A stretch of 62,792 bases of DNA from a bacterium (GTDB lineage Bacteria > JAMCPX01), in NCBI GenBank assembly GCA_037439545.1, contig JBBIVV010000010.1, positions 1 to 62,792 on the forward strand, given 5' to 3'. Both the position numbers and the translations under genes were made by a program. The notes beneath the pieces are model-generated. The model saw nothing but the letters and a program-made list of their open reading frames with translations. It did not search any database and was not told where the DNA came from. Shown here one piece after another: positions 1-10,360 of this stretch (positions are counted from its first letter, which is position 1; every line of letters begins with the position of its first letter).

Positions 1-106
1 ACGCTGTCGTCAAACAGCTCACCCAGCAGATCAAGGACGGTGATGACGCTGTCGTTGAACAGCTCACCCAGCAGATCAAGGACGGTGATGACGCTGTCGT
101 TGAACA
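1..106 (+). repeat. 45-bp tandem repeat (2 full units plus a partial), coding
   Basis: Units 1-45 and 46-90 differ at 2 nt; partial third unit 91-106; no spacers. Confidence 0.95.
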
Positions 107-212
107 AATCGGCAAACAAGTAAGCGAAGTGAAAGATCTCTTAAAGGCGAACACTCAAAAGAATGATGATCACGAGTATAGAATAAGCAGTATCGAGCAT
201 AAACTTAATTAA
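3..212 (+). CDS. 3' end of a coiled-coil protein with 15-aa tandem repeats (partial, begins before the window)
   Basis: Frame 3 reads AVVKQLTQQIKDGDDAVVEQLTQQIKDGDDAVVEQIGKQVSEVKDLLKANTQKNDDHEYRISSIEHKLN, stop TAA at 210-212. Not in the ORF track. Confidence 0.75.
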   Translation, partial: AVVKQLTQQIKDGDDAVVEQLTQQIKDGDDAVVEQIGKQVSEVKDLLKANTQKNDDHEYRISSIEHKLN

Positions 213-226
213 CCAGAAAAACTTCC

Positions 227-2674
227 CTATTGCATTCTTCGTGTTAAAATCTTTTCGTCTTTTTGCCGCATGCCGATGAGTACTATGCCCGCGACAGTCA
301 TAAACAGTGCGGTGATAATCGATATATAAGCACCGATGACAAATGCCTTGGGCATATACTTAAACTCAATAGTAGAGGTGCCGGGCGTCAATTTGATACC
401 CTGGAACAGGTAATTGACCGTATAGGTGCGCATGAGTTTATCATCGCGGTATGCATGCCAACCGGGATACAGGGGCTGGTTGAACACAAGGAATCCTTCT
501 GTCCCGGCTTTGACCATGAACTTGTACAAACCTGGCTTTTCGTCCATCGTAGTAATGCGTACTGCACCGGGACTGTAATCATGATACTCCTGCATGCCCT
601 GAACAACCGCAGTTCCAATATCGGAAGCAGTAAAACCTGAAAGAAGACGCAGGGCATCTCCGCCGCTTGCAGAAGGGATAATTCGCGAAGCGGCATAGAC
701 AATGGGCTTTGCATACGTGTTGTCCCAGAGCGCGAGTGCACCATAGGTACCCATCATCGTAAAATAATTACCTTGCTGGTTTGGATCAACCTCAGAAGGA
801 AGGACGAAATATTTTATACCTGCTATACTTGCCATCACCGGTTCAGGGAGATCCTTCCACCATATCCATCCGCCTATGCCCAGAACGGGTTTTTCATCCG
901 GGAACAGTAAATAGACGAAGTTCTGATACCTGTTCGATACAACCATATCGTATCCCCTGAAATCCCTTATATGATATATCACGGCTAAATCCGGCGGTAT
1001 GGTGCCGCCAGCCGCAAAAAATGTATAATTTTTTGTATCGAGTGACTGCAGCTTCTCGATCAGGGGTGTTCTTGGATAAAAATCTTCCCGGGAAACATCG
1101 GGATTATACCCTACACCGTATATAAAGAGATCGACGACAGTAAGGATAATAAACCCTGCATAAGCGGCTTTTATGCCGATATTTTTTTTGCATGCGTTCC
1201 TTATAAACCAGATGCCTCCCGTTAGAAAAAGCATTGCAATGATTATTTGTATGATTATAAAGCCAAAGCGTTCCGGCGTGATCCATGCCAGCTTACCGTT
1301 AAAAATGATCGTTTCAAATAGAGGTGCCACGATGCCTATGTATTCCCGGGTAATATTGTAGAGCAGAATGGACAGTACGGATATGATACCGATGACCACA
1401 ATCGCTTTCTTGTTCTTCGAATGAGCAGGGGTTGTTTCGCAGCTCTTGTTTATAAGAGCATCCAATCCAAACGCAGAGAGTGCGCAAAATCCGAATTCCA
1501 TAAAGATTAGGTATCTTGTACTTACGCCGGCCCTCATAACCGGTAATGAAGTCAACCATGAAAATCCCGGTATCCCGTATACCATGCCGAATCCAAATAC
1601 TATCAAGATCCAGAACGGTAATAATTTTTTGTAATCCGTTCTAATATGTCCGAGGGTAATAACTCCGAGCATGAGCGGCACAATGCCAATGTAGGAGAAA
1701 ACCTCATGCACATATAAAAGCATATTCAAAACAAAATAATGGTATGAAGGATTCCCCGCTATATTCGGGACGAGCCATGTGATCAGCATATACAGAGGAG
1801 GATGGCTGCTCGCGCCGATCGAGCTATTCTTAAAAACCTGCGAACGGAAATAAAACGGTTCGCTGTTTACCAGAAGCTGAAGAAACGGAACAATATGGAT
1901 TGAAGCAAGCAAAACTCCAAGGACTAAAGCACCGGAAAAATATAAAATACTTTTTTGGCGGCCTTTGCCCTTCATAAGAATGCGTGTGCCACTATAGATA
2001 ACCAGGCCAATGAGTACATTGGCCGTGGTTTCGGAATGCCCCAGAAAGAAAGATAAAGCGATCATCACTGCGAGTACCAGCGCAGCACCGAAGGCATGGC
2101 TTTCCCGGGCATCCAGTGTATACCTCAACAACCGTTCACCCGCCCAGAAAAGCCAGGGAACAAGGGAGACAACTGCTGATACCGGATGGTAGAGCCATGT
2201 AATCATGAGCGCGGAGAAGGTATATGCAATAGTACCGATAAGCAATGAAGGCTTGTTCAAAGAAAACAATGCCAGAAAATAATACATACCCAGAGCCGCT
2301 GTAATCATTTTTAACAGCGCAATCAATAAAAAACCCGTTTGAAAATTGAAGAATAATCCTATAAGATTATAGGGTGACAGCACCCCGGATTGATCGTTTG
2401 CAAAAAACGGTATTCCTCCATATTCATAAGGATTGTACAAGGGGAAACGGTATTTACGCAGCTCCTGATAACCGTAAAACCTCCAGGGAATAAATAAGGT
2501 CAGTTCGTCGATTTGTTGAAAGTTTTGAAAAACCGTTTGTTTGTATTCGCTCCACGGCTTATAGCTGTAGACAATGTCAAGCGGTGCAAAAGCTTTATCT
2601 CCAGAAAATATGGGTTCTAAAAAAAAGAGAAATATCAGGAAACCCATGAATAAAAGAGGTCCTCTATGTTTCAT
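227..2674 (-). CDS. YfhO-family polytopic membrane protein (GT-C-type glycosyltransferase-like)
   Basis: N-terminal PLYNPYEYGGIPFFAN motif, many TM helices, C-terminal YPGW...VNYLFQGI...FKYMP followed by a TM helix. Confidence 0.8.
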   Translation of the reverse strand: MKHRGPLLFMGFLIFLFFLEPIFSGDKAFAPLDIVYSYKPWSEYKQTVFQNFQQIDELTLFIPWRFYGYQELRKYRFPLYNPYEYGGIPFFANDQSGVLSPYNLIGLFFNFQTGFLLIALLKMITAALGMYYFLALFSLNKPSLLIGTIAYTFSALMITWLYHPVSAVVSLVPWLFWAGERLLRYTLDARESHAFGAALVLAVMIALSFFLGHSETTANVLIGLVIYSGTRILMKGKGRQKSILYFSGALVLGVLLASIHIVPFLQLLVNSEPFYFRSQVFKNSSIGASSHPPLYMLITWLVPNIAGNPSYHYFVLNMLLYVHEVFSYIGIVPLMLGVITLGHIRTDYKKLLPFWILIVFGFGMVYGIPGFSWLTSLPVMRAGVSTRYLIFMEFGFCALSAFGLDALINKSCETTPAHSKNKKAIVVIGIISVLSILLYNITREYIGIVAPLFETIIFNGKLAWITPERFGFIIIQIIIAMLFLTGGIWFIRNACKKNIGIKAAYAGFIILTVVDLFIYGVGYNPDVSREDFYPRTPLIEKLQSLDTKNYTFFAAGGTIPPDLAVIYHIRDFRGYDMVVSNRYQNFVYLLFPDEKPVLGIGGWIWWKDLPEPVMASIAGIKYFVLPSEVDPNQQGNYFTMMGTYGALALWDNTYAKPIVYAASRIIPSASGGDALRLLSGFTASDIGTAVVQGMQEYHDYSPGAVRITTMDEKPGLYKFMVKAGTEGFLVFNQPLYPGWHAYRDDKLMRTYTVNYLFQGIKLTPGTSTIEFKYMPKAFVIGAYISIITALFMTVAGIVLIGMRQKDEKILTRRMQ

Positions 2675-2812
2675 GTTAAAATATACCGTCTTAGCATTTT
2701 AAAACCATAACAGAACCTGGTCCACCTTTACATCCTTTGGCACACAGCTTTTATGATCACGACACAGGGCTTAAAATAAATTATTGCATCGCAAATAAAG
2801 GACCGGTGAAGC

Positions 2813-3988
2813 TTATTTGATTTTCATTTCAACCGCTGCAAGTACCGCTTTACTCAGTTCTAAACATTCTATCAATGATTCTTCCCTGACATTTTTGATG
2901 GTATCTTCCATAGTGTGCCAGTGACCGGGCAAACCCGTTGAATCAAGCCGGACAATACTCGTCGCTTCAAAACCCTTCCTGCTGAATGGAGTTGCATCCG
3001 TATTGCCGAACGGCAGAGCCGAAGGTTTTACCTTGACCTTGCCGGCTTCCGCAGCTTTGCATACAAAATCCACAAAAGTCTTCGAATGTTTCGATTGCAC
3101 TTCATATTCTTTTTTAACGACACGTAAGGTGCCGTTTTCTCCGACCATATCGAAGTTTAGAATATAGGTCGGGACCGATTTTAATGCATCAAAATGCTTT
3201 TTTACGAAATCCTGCGACCCTTTTGTGTTAGGCTCCTCTGCAGCAAAAGATATGCACAATACCTCCGTAGTGCGCGGCTTGTGAGAAGACAGATGCCCGG
3301 CAAAACCAATCGCAACAGCTACTGCTGAAAGATTATCGTTTGCCCCTTCGACTGCGATATCCGTAACAAGTCCCTTTCTCATGATCTGAGAAGTAATAAC
3401 ACCGAAAAAACCTATCAAAACGGTCCATGACCAGAATGCCGTGGGTATAATCGGGTATATCAATTTTCCCTTAACTACGGCATAACCGGACAAAACTATC
3501 ATACCAATCAGTGAGACAGTCGTAAAAAATTCCAGAATGGGCGTAAGCCAGACGAATTGCCTGTGCAGCAGCGTCATATTAAATGCTGAATCATGATGTC
3601 CCGAAACAATCAACCTCTGCTTTACCTCTCCTGATGGCTTGATAGTCCCGACGATGTTTGCCGTTTTTTTCTTTTCCAGATACTTTTCGATGAACTCTTT
3701 ATCATACCACCTTGAACTGATGAATATTACTCCGGAACCGACACCGACGATGAAAGAAATCACCGGAGATATGAAAAAAGTGATAAAGGCCGCAACAACC
3801 CCGAGAGTGATGGTTTCTGTGACACGCTGGAGCACCCTTGGTGCAACATCGAATTCTTCCACATCGACTTTATCGCAGGATTTACTCATAAATCCTTTTA
3901 TTAGATCTATTGCTTTTCTGTCCGACTCAGAGCCTGAGATTCTTGGTCCGCATGCATTTACTATCGTTGCTATATAATCTTTTAGCAT
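2813..3988 (-). CDS. M28-family metallopeptidase with membrane insertions
   Basis: GPRISGS, SGHHDS, GANDNLSAV, AAEE, NFDMVG, NTDATPF, WHTMEDT motifs. Confidence 0.8.
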   Translation of the reverse strand: MLKDYIATIVNACGPRISGSESDRKAIDLIKGFMSKSCDKVDVEEFDVAPRVLQRVTETITLGVVAAFITFFISPVISFIVGVGSGVIFISSRWYDKEFIEKYLEKKKTANIVGTIKPSGEVKQRLIVSGHHDSAFNMTLLHRQFVWLTPILEFFTTVSLIGMIVLSGYAVVKGKLIYPIIPTAFWSWTVLIGFFGVITSQIMRKGLVTDIAVEGANDNLSAVAVAIGFAGHLSSHKPRTTEVLCISFAAEEPNTKGSQDFVKKHFDALKSVPTYILNFDMVGENGTLRVVKKEYEVQSKHSKTFVDFVCKAAEAGKVKVKPSALPFGNTDATPFSRKGFEATSIVRLDSTGLPGHWHTMEDTIKNVREESLIECLELSKAVLAAVEMKIK

Positions 3989-4001
3989 ATTATCTCCTTT
4001 G

Positions 4002-5003
4002 TCATTTTTTCCTTTGATACAGATTTACATAATGATTATGCTCTTTCAATGTTCTTGAAAACTCGTGGCTGCCGTCGTTATTTGAAACAAAATAAAGATA
4101 TTTCACCTCAGCAGGATAAAGTGCGGCTATGATAGATTCTTTGCCCGGATTACATATGGGGCCTGGCGGCAGGCCTTTGATCCTATAGGTATTGTACGGA
4201 GTTTTCTTCCTCAGGTCCTTTTTTGTAATTACATCGTTGGTTATGTGCAATGCATAGATGACTGTTGGGTCCGATTGAAGACGCATGCCGAGTTTAAGTC
4301 TATTATGAAATACCGCTGAAATAAGATACCGCTCTGCAGGAACCGATGTTTCTTTCTCTATTATGGAAGCAAGTGTTATGACCTGCAACGCTGACATATT
4401 CATTGCTTTTGCACGTTCCTCCAATTGGGGGGTATAAACCAGCTTAAGCTGATCCACCATTTTTTTGATGATCTCTTTTGGCAGCAGTCCCCTGCTCAGT
4501 TTATACGTATTGGGATAAAGAAAGCCCTCCAGAGAATTTGCATCTATCCCAAGCTGGGTTATTAAGACTTTATTTTCTGTAAGTGCCATAAATCCGTTAA
4601 CGTCATCCAGCAATCCTGCTTTATGCAGTGTTGCTGCAATCTCTTCATCGGTAAACCCTTCGGGTATCGTTACCTGATGCAGAACGACCTCTCCATTCAA
4701 CAGCTTTTCAAGTATGGTAATAGGCCGCATTGAACTGCTCAGCAGGTATTCGCCGTATTTTAGATTATGTGTTGCACCCATGAGATATGCGAGGAGTTTA
4801 AGGTCCCTTTTATCTTTTATTATATGCCCTTCCGCGAGGACGTCCGAAGCTTTTTTGAATGAAACGCCAATGGGTATGTTAATTGTTTGGAGTACCCCCG
4901 AAGGATCAGCAGGTATGATGAGAAAGTGCATAAACTGTACGGCAAAGACAAGGGCAGACACAAGTACAAAAGTAACACTGTACCATACAATTCTTCTTAT
5001 CAT
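4002..5003 (-). CDS. mltG: Endolytic murein transglycosylase MltG (YceG)
   Basis: N-terminal TM helix, TIPEG, LEGFLYPNTY, ASIIEKET, LQSDPTV, GLPPGPICNPG. Confidence 0.95.
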   Translation of the reverse strand: MIRRIVWYSVTFVLVSALVFAVQFMHFLIIPADPSGVLQTINIPIGVSFKKASDVLAEGHIIKDKRDLKLLAYLMGATHNLKYGEYLLSSSMRPITILEKLLNGEVVLHQVTIPEGFTDEEIAATLHKAGLLDDVNGFMALTENKVLITQLGIDANSLEGFLYPNTYKLSRGLLPKEIIKKMVDQLKLVYTPQLEERAKAMNMSALQVITLASIIEKETSVPAERYLISAVFHNRLKLGMRLQSDPTVIYALHITNDVITKKDLRKKTPYNTYRIKGLPPGPICNPGKESIIAALYPAEVKYLYFVSNNDGSHEFSRTLKEHNHYVNLYQRKK

Positions 5004-7084
5004 GTCATCTTTTCTACTACAACTCTGGCATCAAGTGCAATAGCTTTTTTCTCATTCACAAGTACCGGGTTAAGGTCCAGTTCAATTATATTGATTCTTT
5101 CAAGCATAATGTTTGAAACAAACGATATGATTTTTGCAATTTCTTCTATGGCAAGCCTTTCCTGCCCTCTTATACCTTCAAGCAGTGGATAGCCTTTTAA
5201 TTGTTTCAGCATTTTTAAAGCATAGTCCTGATCTACAGGACACAGGCTTATTGCCGTATCTTTCAGCAGCTCTGTATATATTCCTCCCATGCCGGCTATA
5301 ACTAAAGCGCCGAATGAACTATCCCTTTTTGCGCCTATGATTAATTCATTGCCGCCTTTTAACATCTTCTGGACAACGACTCCGTTGGTAACAATTCCCG
5401 GGTGACTTTTTTTTATCCCCTGCGTGAGCCATTCATATGCGTCAACGACCCTTGCCTCGTTATCAATATCGAGAATGACCCCTTTGACGTCCGATTTATG
5501 TGAAACATTCATTGACTCAACCTTCATAACGACAGGATATCCAAGTTTTGCCGAAACCTTTTTAACTTCCTCAAGAGAATTCGCGTATGACCATGGCGCT
5601 ACAGGGATACCATGGAATTCAGCCACATTGAGAGATCCCATAAGTGATAATGTGGTTTTGGTCCCATGGAGATAATCCTTTTTTTCAGGTGTTGACTGCA
5701 TACTGCTTTCTTTCTTATATAGTCCCGCATCCCTTATCTGGGCAGCCGCCCTGAGCATGGATGACGGATCAAAAAAGAATGGATAATCGATATTTTCTCT
5801 TAATTTATTAAGGTTATCGACCTCGGTAAAAAATAATGGCAGAAGAGGTTTATTGTACTTTTTATTAACGTTACCGAACTGCCGTGCCATTTCTTCCGAT
5901 GAACCTTCATGAATAGCTGATGAATATGTGTGAATGAAAATTACCATATCAAAAGACGGATCAGCCAATGCAAGGTCGATTGCGTTTATGTAAAAATCAA
6001 AGTCGTATATGTCACCCATGTCGAGCGGGTTTGTAAAACTTATGATCCCTGCCCTTACATGCTTATTCACCTCATCAAGAAAATGATCTGAGAACCGGGG
6101 AGTTTCAAAACCATATCGTGTTATTGCATCCTGTGTAATAACGGCATGTCCGCCTGATCGGGACAGAACGGCAATCCTTTTACCGTAATTATGGGAGATG
6201 CTGAGCAGCTTTATTGCATCTATAAACTCCGTCAGTGAATCCGTACGTATTGCTCCTGCTTCTTTCAATGCCTGGGTTAAAACGAGGTCATCATTTGCAA
6301 TAGCAGAGGCGTGGGACATGGCAATTTGGGCTGTCCCGGGATAAATATTGGACTTTAAAATGACGACAGGTTTTTTGCCGCCGCGTATCAGGTCAATGAA
6401 CTCCCTGCCGTTTTTTACATCCTCAAGATACATACCTATGATGTCCGTGCCCGGATCCTGTTCAAGATAGGAAAGATAATCTATCTCATCTATATCGGCT
6501 TTGTTACCGGCGCTTATTACCTTATTGATACCGACACCTTCATAGCTTAACATACCGAGCAGTGTAAGAGACATTCCCCCGCTCTGTGAAATTATCGATA
6601 CCTTACCTTTTCTTATAGGCGGAACTACGGGAGAAAAAGGCGTGCTCAACCCGTTCTCCATGTTTATAATTCCAAGTCCGTTAGGCCCTGTAAATCTCAT
6701 CCCGTATTGTTTCGAGATTTTTATAAGCTCCTGCTCCAGAAGCAAGCCGTCTTTACCGGTTTCCGAAAATCCGCCTGATTCTATAATGGCGTATTTTATG
6801 CCTTTGATTCCGCAATCCGACAGCAGAGACGGGACACTGTGCGCCGGGGTAAGTATGACTGCAAGACTCACAGGATCATGAATTTCATTTATATCCGTAT
6901 GGATCTGCTTTCCATCAATTTCACCTGCTTTTCTTCCAATGAGGTGGATTTTTCCTGTAAACTTGTTATCGAGCATATTTTTAAAGATGAGATGTGCAAG
7001 GTTGTTTGGATTCTCAGAAACTCCGAATATCGCTACGCTTTCGGGATAGAATACTCCATTTATCGTTTTCACTTCTTTATTCAT
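5000..7084 (-). CDS. ADP-forming acyl-CoA synthetase (acetate--CoA ligase family, fused alpha/beta, ATP-grasp)
   Basis: CoA-binding domain, GPNGLG, ISQSGG, SHASAIA, NPLD, GYPVVMK, HKSDVKGV, ELDLNPV. Confidence 0.88.
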   Translation of the reverse strand: MNKEVKTINGVFYPESVAIFGVSENPNNLAHLIFKNMLDNKFTGKIHLIGRKAGEIDGKQIHTDINEIHDPVSLAVILTPAHSVPSLLSDCGIKGIKYAIIESGGFSETGKDGLLLEQELIKISKQYGMRFTGPNGLGIINMENGLSTPFSPVVPPIRKGKVSIISQSGGMSLTLLGMLSYEGVGINKVISAGNKADIDEIDYLSYLEQDPGTDIIGMYLEDVKNGREFIDLIRGGKKPVVILKSNIYPGTAQIAMSHASAIANDDLVLTQALKEAGAIRTDSLTEFIDAIKLLSISHNYGKRIAVLSRSGGHAVITQDAITRYGFETPRFSDHFLDEVNKHVRAGIISFTNPLDMGDIYDFDFYINAIDLALADPSFDMVIFIHTYSSAIHEGSSEEMARQFGNVNKKYNKPLLPLFFTEVDNLNKLRENIDYPFFFDPSSMLRAAAQIRDAGLYKKESSMQSTPEKKDYLHGTKTTLSLMGSLNVAEFHGIPVAPWSYANSLEEVKKVSAKLGYPVVMKVESMNVSHKSDVKGVILDIDNEARVVDAYEWLTQGIKKSHPGIVTNGVVVQKMLKGGNELIIGAKRDSSFGALVIAGMGGIYTELLKDTAISLCPVDQDYALKMLKQLKGYPLLEGIRGQERLAIEEIAKIISFVSNIMLERINIIELDLNPVLVNEKKAIALDARVVVEKMT

Positions 7085-7214
7085 AATCGAGGCCTCCGCA
7101 TATCAGATAAACAGTATACCCTGTGATCTTCAAGAACAATTTAAAGTGTTGTATTACCGGCAGAGGCGAATAACTCTTTCCCACAGAAATGTGGGAGCAC
7201 ATAAATAAACTCAC

Positions 7215-7871
7215 TTATTGCATTTTCCCGGTCGATGCCTCTTTTGTAATCTCACCGATGGTCTTTTTTGAAATACTTCCATTGCCATCGAGCAGCACTA
7301 CCTCTGAAGCATCGCTTAATAGACATATGAGATGCTCTTCCGGTACTATCGCTCCTATCTGTCCAAGGCACCAGACAGCGTAGCCGCGGGTTTCAGGCAA
7401 TGGATCGGCAAGATACATATTTAAATAAGGTGCATAGGGTTTTATTGAAGCCGGATCCACAATGGCAATCCTGCCCATTGCCCACAATACCCCGGGTCTG
7501 AAAAAAGTTTCTTTAATCTTAAGCAAAGAAATGATAAGAGGTATATATTCCTTAAAAAGATCTATCCTCATACTTATAATTTCTCCAAGAAGCTCCGGAG
7601 AAGCCCAGCCTACGCTCCCCGAATCGTCGTTCAATGACCACAATAAGTTGCTGATATTAGTGCGTATAAACTTTTCATCCTGATCACATAGGAGTGCGGA
7701 TACCTTACCCGCTGCCTTGATCACATGCCACTTTAATGAGGGATCCGCGGTGTAACTTAATGACAGGAGTGTAGAAAATCTGCTCTTTTTTTCTTTGACC
7801 ATCTTACCTAAGTCATCATAACGGCCTTCTAAAAGAATTGTCCGTATTTTTTGCTTATCTGCCAGCATCAT
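7215..7871 (-). CDS. HEAT-repeat protein, DVU0298-like family
   Basis: LLWSLNDDSGSVGWASPELLGEI signature and HEAT-like helical repeats. Confidence 0.7.
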   Translation of the reverse strand: MMLADKQKIRTILLEGRYDDLGKMVKEKKSRFSTLLSLSYTADPSLKWHVIKAAGKVSALLCDQDEKFIRTNISNLLWSLNDDSGSVGWASPELLGEIISMRIDLFKEYIPLIISLLKIKETFFRPGVLWAMGRIAIVDPASIKPYAPYLNMYLADPLPETRGYAVWCLGQIGAIVPEEHLICLLSDASEVVLLDGNGSISKKTIGEITKEASTGKMQ

Positions 7872-7978
7872 GATTAATTTTCTTGTAGTTATGTTAAATA
7901 CCCGTCAGTCCAAAGTCAAACGACTCCAAAGCATTTCATTGTTCGTTACTTTTGAAGACACCTTTTTTTACTTTTGTA

Positions 7979-8011
7979 TTGACATACTTTTTTGCATATT
8001 GTATACAATAT
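7979..8011 (+). promoter_or_regulatory. tauE promoter with a perfect 16-bp palindromic operator
   Basis: TTGACA at 7979-7984; ATATTGTATACAATAT at 7996-8011; candidate -10 TACAAT at 8004-8009 (long spacer). Confidence 0.65.
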
Positions 8012-8016
8012 ATAAC

Positions 8017-8832
8017 ATGACGATAATATTTCTTATATCATTGTTTGCTGGATTTATCGGTGCATTAAGCGGAATGGGTGGAGGCATTATTATTGTGCCG
8101 GCACTCGTATTACTCGGGATTAATATTAAATATGCAATTGCGGCGAGTATGCTTTCTGTCATAGCAACCTCATGCTCAGCCACTGCAGCCTACGCAAAAG
8201 AAAAAATTGTCAATATAAAGATAGGAAGTTATCTCCAGATGTTTACAATCCTTGGCGCCATAGTAGGTGCAACCTTAACTCTAAAAATGAGCGAGAAACC
8301 CCTGTCACTCATGTTCGGACTCATACTGCTGACATCCTGGATAACTTTGCTCAAAAAGGGTACAAGCGTTACCCATTATGACAATCAAGGCGGTGCTGTT
8401 GATAATTTTCTTGAGCTCAATGGGTGCTATGAAGAGAAAGTCCCTCCTTTCAGGGTCATAAACTATAAAACAAGATATGCCGTGCTGGGCGGTCCATTTA
8501 TGTTTCTGGCAGGTGTGGTGGCAGGACTGCTCGGTGTCGGCGCCGGAGCTTTAAAAGTATTAATCCTTGACCTGTTAATGGGTTTGCCCCCGAAGGTCTC
8601 AACGACCACGAGCAACTATATAATTGGTATAACAGCATTGGCCGGGTCGAGTGTATTTTTTGCATCAGGATACCTCAAACCAGGTCTCGCTGTTCCCATA
8701 ATACTCGGAGTAATAGCAGGCTCATGGATAGGCTCGAAATTATTGGTCCGCATGGTTGAAGAGGCCGTGAGAAAATTATTCCTTATTATCCTGCTTGTAA
8801 TATCCCTTGAAATGATCTGGAGAGGTATATAA
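8017..8832 (+). CDS. TauE/SafE-family sulfite exporter / sulfur-compound transporter
   Basis: Duplicated GxxGxGGG motifs (GALSGMGGGII, GLLGVGAGALK), about 8 TM helices. Start moved to ATG 8017 because the upstream extension overlaps a divergent promoter region. Confidence 0.88.
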   Translation: MTIIFLISLFAGFIGALSGMGGGIIIVPALVLLGINIKYAIAASMLSVIATSCSATAAYAKEKIVNIKIGSYLQMFTILGAIVGATLTLKMSEKPLSLMFGLILLTSWITLLKKGTSVTHYDNQGGAVDNFLELNGCYEEKVPPFRVINYKTRYAVLGGPFMFLAGVVAGLLGVGAGALKVLILDLLMGLPPKVSTTTSNYIIGITALAGSSVFFASGYLKPGLAVPIILGVIAGSWIGSKLLVRMVEEAVRKLFLIILLVISLEMIWRGI

Positions 8833-9380
8833 TGCCGACAAACGACGAATTAAACATAAAATTCCAGGGAAAGACGGATGACCAATGCGTTTCGATCATA
8901 TCCGATGATATAAGAGAACATAAAGACGCAATAACAAAATTAAATGACGATATTAAAAAGCACCAACAGGCAATTATTACTCTGCAAAAAAGACTTGCAG
9001 CAGTTCCAATTGCGAAAAGAAGGATAAGCCTTGAAGGTACAATATCATTGGTGTACAAAACAGGTGTGAGTCTGAGCTTGTTTTTCTTTCTTGCAGGTAT
9101 GCTGAGATTTTACATAAAGCATCAAAGCCTTTCTGTCGATTACAATATGTTCTATAAGGATTTCTATCAATTCACAGAAAAGGAAATGCAATTGCTCAGC
9201 CTCGGGCATTTTAGATCAGAGATTCTGTTAAATGCAGGACTTATGATTCTCCTTATAACGCCCATGGTCCAAACATTGACCACGGGTATTTATATGATCT
9301 CTGTAAATAAGAACTGGAAGTATGGTGTGATTTCTCTTTTTGTGTTGGTTATTCTCGCAATAAGCCTGCTGCTGCACTAA
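8832..9380 (+). CDS. DUF1634-like membrane protein with an N-terminal coiled coil (usual TauE partner)
   Basis: Translationally coupled to tauE; GLMILLITP motif; 3 TM helices. Confidence 0.7.
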   Translation: MPTNDELNIKFQGKTDDQCVSIISDDIREHKDAITKLNDDIKKHQQAIITLQKRLAAVPIAKRRISLEGTISLVYKTGVSLSLFFFLAGMLRFYIKHQSLSVDYNMFYKDFYQFTEKEMQLLSLGHFRSEILLNAGLMILLITPMVQTLTTGIYMISVNKNWKYGVISLFVLVILAISLLLH

Positions 9381-9416
9381 ATCCTTACTCGATACTTTTT
9401 TTCACCATAATCTTTC

Positions 9417-10241
9417 TTACAGAACAACGTCCTTTAAATAATGAGGATGACACTTACAGCTCACGCCTCGAACACCTTTGATCTGTTTTACGAGTTCTTC
9501 TATGTCTTCAACGTCTTCCATTGTGTCCACCTTTCCGCTCACGGTTACAATCCCATCTTCCGCGATAACATCAACATTGCAATTCTTTGTAATATCATTT
9601 GACGCAAGGGTTGCCTTGACTCTGCTTGCCAGAACAAGGTCTTCCATGCTTTTTCTCGAAGCATCGGTAGCCTGAAATTCCGGAGCCTTTGTCATGCCAG
9701 CTATCATTTCACAGGCAGTCGGTATTGCTATTTTCTTTAAATTAATGACAAGGTCATACAATGAAGGATCGTTCCAATCCACATCGTAAAGAAACTTCGT
9801 CCACTTTTCTCTCTGCTTATCTATGTTGTCTATGTAAAGCATCGCTTCTTCTTTTGACAGCTTATTCCTCTCCATTGCAAATACTATGCGCTGTTCCCTG
9901 TTGGCTATAACCTTCACCTTGATCACATGTGATATACCTTTTAACAACAGGTGTCCGCCATGCCCGTGGTAGATTATGTTATCGCTTTTTGCCTCTTCGC
10001 ATAACGCCGATTGTATGAATGACAGGTAGTGAAATCTGTCGATGTCGAGGGCCAGGCGTTCTTTAAGACTTGGTTTCTGCTCTACTGCCTTGATTAATTT
10101 CTCCTCAGATACACCGTACACAGTTGCTGCACGTATAAGGACTTCCCTGCTGATAGAACGGTAACCCAGTCTTTGTGCCAAACATTCGGCAAGTTTTTCT
10201 CCTCCGCTGAATGTTCCTCTTGACAGTGTAATAATAGCCAT
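9417..10241 (-). CDS. Cytidylate-kinase-like protein with a C-terminal BON domain
   Basis: IITLSRGTFSGG, DWNDPSLYDLVIN; C-terminal VDVIAEDGIVTVSGKV...IKGVRGV. Confidence 0.85.
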   Translation of the reverse strand: MAIITLSRGTFSGGEKLAECLAQRLGYRSISREVLIRAATVYGVSEEKLIKAVEQKPSLKERLALDIDRFHYLSFIQSALCEEAKSDNIIYHGHGGHLLLKGISHVIKVKVIANREQRIVFAMERNKLSKEEAMLYIDNIDKQREKWTKFLYDVDWNDPSLYDLVINLKKIAIPTACEMIAGMTKAPEFQATDASRKSMEDLVLASRVKATLASNDITKNCNVDVIAEDGIVTVSGKVDTMEDVEDIEELVKQIKGVRGVSCKCHPHYLKDVVL

Positions 10242-10360
10242 ATATGTGTACCTCCATTTTACTTTTATGTAGTATCAAACCATTATTTGTTTGGCAATTG
10301 TTTTTGCGGGAAATGTACTTTATACTTCATGCACTATTGAGAGGCATTAGGGCTATGAGT

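Noticed and set aside
1..106. 45-bp repeats as a CRISPR array
   Set aside because: Units are head-to-tail with no spacers, keep an open reading frame, and no cas genes are present.
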